Source: Tubiluchus corallicola
Lineage: Eukaryota > Animalia > Priapulida
DNA: 64,000 nucleotides
Reading direction: 5' to 3'
Assembly (NCBI GenBank): GCA_030141605.1
Contig: JAQGDQ010000178.1
Span: 310,001-374,000 of the forward strand
Position numbers and translations under genes: made by a program. This document shows, piece by piece, positions 61,187-64,000 of this stretch. How positions within the stretch are numbered: position 1 is the first letter of the stretch; each line of letters begins with the position of its first letter. Under the pieces are notes generated by a model. The model saw only the letters and a program-made list of their open reading frames with translations. It was not told the DNA's origin and did not search any database.

Positions 61187-63750
61187 TTAAATACCAAGGA
61201 ATGCCTTTCGCTTTAAAGCAGTTGTACTTGGTTCTTCGGCGAGAGAACTTGGTGTATGATCTGAAACTAGCTTATCTCTCCTTAATGCAGCTGCTCTTTG
61301 CCGTTTAACTGTGCGAGCCTGAACTAACTTATCTCGCCTTAATGCAGCTGCTCTTTGCTTGCTTTCTTCAGCCATTTTACAACTTCGTAAAATGTCCTCT
61401 AGGCACTCTGTCTCTGTGGATTTTTTAATCTCTCTCAGGTGTGTGTTTTCATAGATGTCTTTTGCTCTAGTTATGAGTTTAACTGTGTAATCAACTACCT
61501 CATAGTCATTGGCTCTTTCACCCAAGTTTTTTACAGCCATATGAAATGCTCTCATGACGATCATTCGAAACATATTCAGCAGGTAAATTGCCGCAGAAAA
61601 ATTGAAACTGAAGAAAAATGCAGGTCCAAACAGAGAGTGCGCATTTTCATAATTTTCAAATCTGCCGCCACTCAGTAACATGCCCACTAGTGATGCCATA
61701 GATATTAAAAACGTATTGAGCTCATAGAGAATGTAGCTAAACACAAGCATGCCAAACAATGCAAACAGCAACCGTACTAATGACAAAATAATCGTGTAGT
61801 TAAATAGGGCATCTACAGAAAAAGCAATTGTATCCGGAAAGAGAAACATCATCTTATTAAATGACAGTATCTTCCACAGTTTGATAGTTACCAAGACGAC
61901 CAGAAAACCCAGAACATACGTTAGTGTAAAATCCCAAAATGCAGCTGTGTAAAAACTCAAGAATTTTGATTGTTCTGCCCGCTTGTTTTCTTCTAACAAA
62001 TTGTCAGTGAGTTTTGCCTTTTTCACAAACAGGATGAATCCCGTTAGGGAAAGGACAATAATGCTAAACTCGACACAATTCCAGGTCTTTTTAAAATAGC
62101 TGAACTTCAGTTTGTTAAGTTGTTTTCCTTCTCTATAGATAAACACTCCAAGTAGGACAAGGTAAAAAAGTTTGCTTAATATTATTGTCCCATCTACTGC
62201 ACTTGCAAATGTAACCAGGTTCAAAGTAAAAATCTGATAAAATGGAAAAATGCCGCCGGTATTACTAAATTCCAAAATCATTAGCACAATGCTGAACAAG
62301 TTTGTGTTGGAGTTGAATAGAGTCATCTCGATCATCATGGCTCGAGTGCGATCATCAATCCAACGCGAATCAATCAATGAATCAATAATCAATTCATTCT
62401 GTGAGCGATTGCGAGTCAATTCCATCACATAGCCACCACCACTGTAGAAAGCTAAATGTCCTGTAATAAAAAATGTAAATTCAGAGGACTTATTACAATG
62501 CAAAACAACTAACTTTATGCCAGTGTACAGAAAACTTTGTATACCAGTGTAGAGTAAGTTTTGCCAATTATCAGTACTAGTAATGAACACACATCGACAA
62601 ACTGATGAATGCAGACCAACTACTACAAGCACTCGTACAGCGGATTAACCAAAATTCAGCTGACCACAATGTTCCACTAATTAAGCGCTCAGTTGTAAAT
62701 CAACATGATCGTGATTGCTTAATATAATAAGAGTAACATTTTGTATGTTTCGTCATTAATATCTGCCGTTTAATTACTCAGGGCAAAAAACCTGCAATGG
62801 CATGTAGAGGTAAAACAACATAAGAGCTTAATGTTCTGAAGTCATACTGATGCAACACAACCAAATATTACGTTCGCATTTTAAGAGAATTATAAGCCTG
62901 TGCGTTTGAGAATCTAGCAAGAAGAAGTTACAACAGAAACTTTTGAGTGAGTAAACAGGAGAACTGATTGTACCATTAAGTTTAGTAAATCAATGATGTG
63001 ACATCCCTCCATTTTAATTAACCTCTTCAATCCTGTATTCCAGCTGGTGCTCTGGAATATTTTATAGAAAATGAAAAGTTGCTGCTGCTTCTGTCACTGC
63101 TGTGTTATCGTGCTGCTGTTTCCCACCCTACAGCCACTGCCACCGCTGTCACGAACTACTGCTTTTTTGTAAAATATGTAAGCCCAGTGATTCATATTCA
63201 AATTGTGTCATTTATCAACCACACAATGTTGAACCAGCCACATCATATTATATGCACGAACTGGCTTGACCTATTATCTACTGTTGCCTGATGACATGAC
63301 TAAAAATCTGGCAAGATAGTTTCTAATTTGTTCTACACTGTTCTATTTCTGAGCCATTTGAATAGACAAACATTGATAAAAAGCAGAAAACAGCTTCACA
63401 GAAGGCAGCAGTCACAATTTAGGCAGACGATACAGCAATAACAGCAATCTTTTTTGCAAGTTTATCCAACTGAGTAAACAGAAGAAATGATCATTGCAGC
63501 ATTAAATTTATTGGATAAAAGATGGCTGCTATTTCAAGCTTCAGCTAATGATAACTTTTGCAGGTACCTGCATAAGGTAGTGTTCGCAATTCCAATGTTG
63601 AGCGAAATGTCCAGTGGTCAGTAGGAAAAGAAGGAAATTGACGTTCACGCCATCCAGGCGAATACGGGGCAATATCCTCCCAGGGCCAAGAATAAGCAGA
63701 GACACACTTCCTTCCAAATGGTTCCATAAGATGATGTATTGAACACAAAC
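61187..63750 (-). CDS. Polycystin (PKD1-like/PKD2-like TRPP channel domain) gene, last two exons (63568-63750 and 61187-62460); 5' part lies beyond the window
   Basis: Motifs C..AYSW..ED..Y.PGW, YSGGGY, WIDDRTRA, LFNSNTNLFS and LEFSNTGG, followed by six TM helices. The phase-1 donor at 63567 and acceptor ttttattacag at 62461 join in frame (LPYAG-HLAFYSGGGY). Confidence 0.9.
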
Positions 63751-64000
63751 CTAAAATGTTAAAAAAACAGGCATATTTATTATTATACTGTCGATGAATG
63801 TATAATACTGTAAATTTAATTACACAAATTAAATTTATCTGGACAATCATATTTTTTGTCTTCTTACTGTCTCATTGCAGCCTCTTATCTTGATTAGGCA
63901 TGATCATCAAATGTTCAAGTTATCATGCTCATATTCATTCAACTGTTAAAGCTATGCTTTATCTTTACAATGCGACCAGTGAACCTTACATGGAATGCAG

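Noticed and set aside
1-64000. Prokaryotic systems (operons, defence islands, a CBASS reading of the cGAS-like gene), tRNA or rRNA genes
   Set aside because: Spliceosomal introns, low coding density and metazoan gene families show this is animal DNA. The NTase has the metazoan Mab-21 C-lobe and no adjacent effector genes. No tRNA or rRNA was recognisable by eye.

Overview
AT-rich, intron-containing animal genomic DNA (GT-AG introns, microsatellites, MITEs, LINE/LTR remnants). The repeat and gene content suggests a marine invertebrate, probably a lophotrochozoan; this is inference only. Main contents: (1) a small cluster of cadherin-like membrane-protein genes, with one intact single-ORF copy (10472-12409), two broken copies (about 6885-7815 + and 19045-20431 -) and an orphaned 5' flank; (2) two tandem three-exon paralogues, which the ORF track splits into fragments, encoding secreted proteins with a repeated DGYG[LI]GxNGPP core (22187-25553 and 30443-33311); (3) two paralogous C2H2 zinc-finger ORFs (+) converging on an AT-hook/8xC2H2 gene (-); (4) an ankyrin-repeat plus cGAS/Mab-21-like nucleotidyltransferase (cGLR) with an intact-looking catalytic triad (50490-52358); (5) a truncated Ty3/Gypsy LTR plus gag, remnants of an Academ-like transposon, and the last two exons of a polycystin (PKD) channel gene. 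The best candidate for an undescribed system is the secreted GYGLGxNGPP repeat-peptide gene pair, followed by the ANK-cGLR and the cadherin cluster with its divergent N-termini. All calls were made by eye and no database searches were run.
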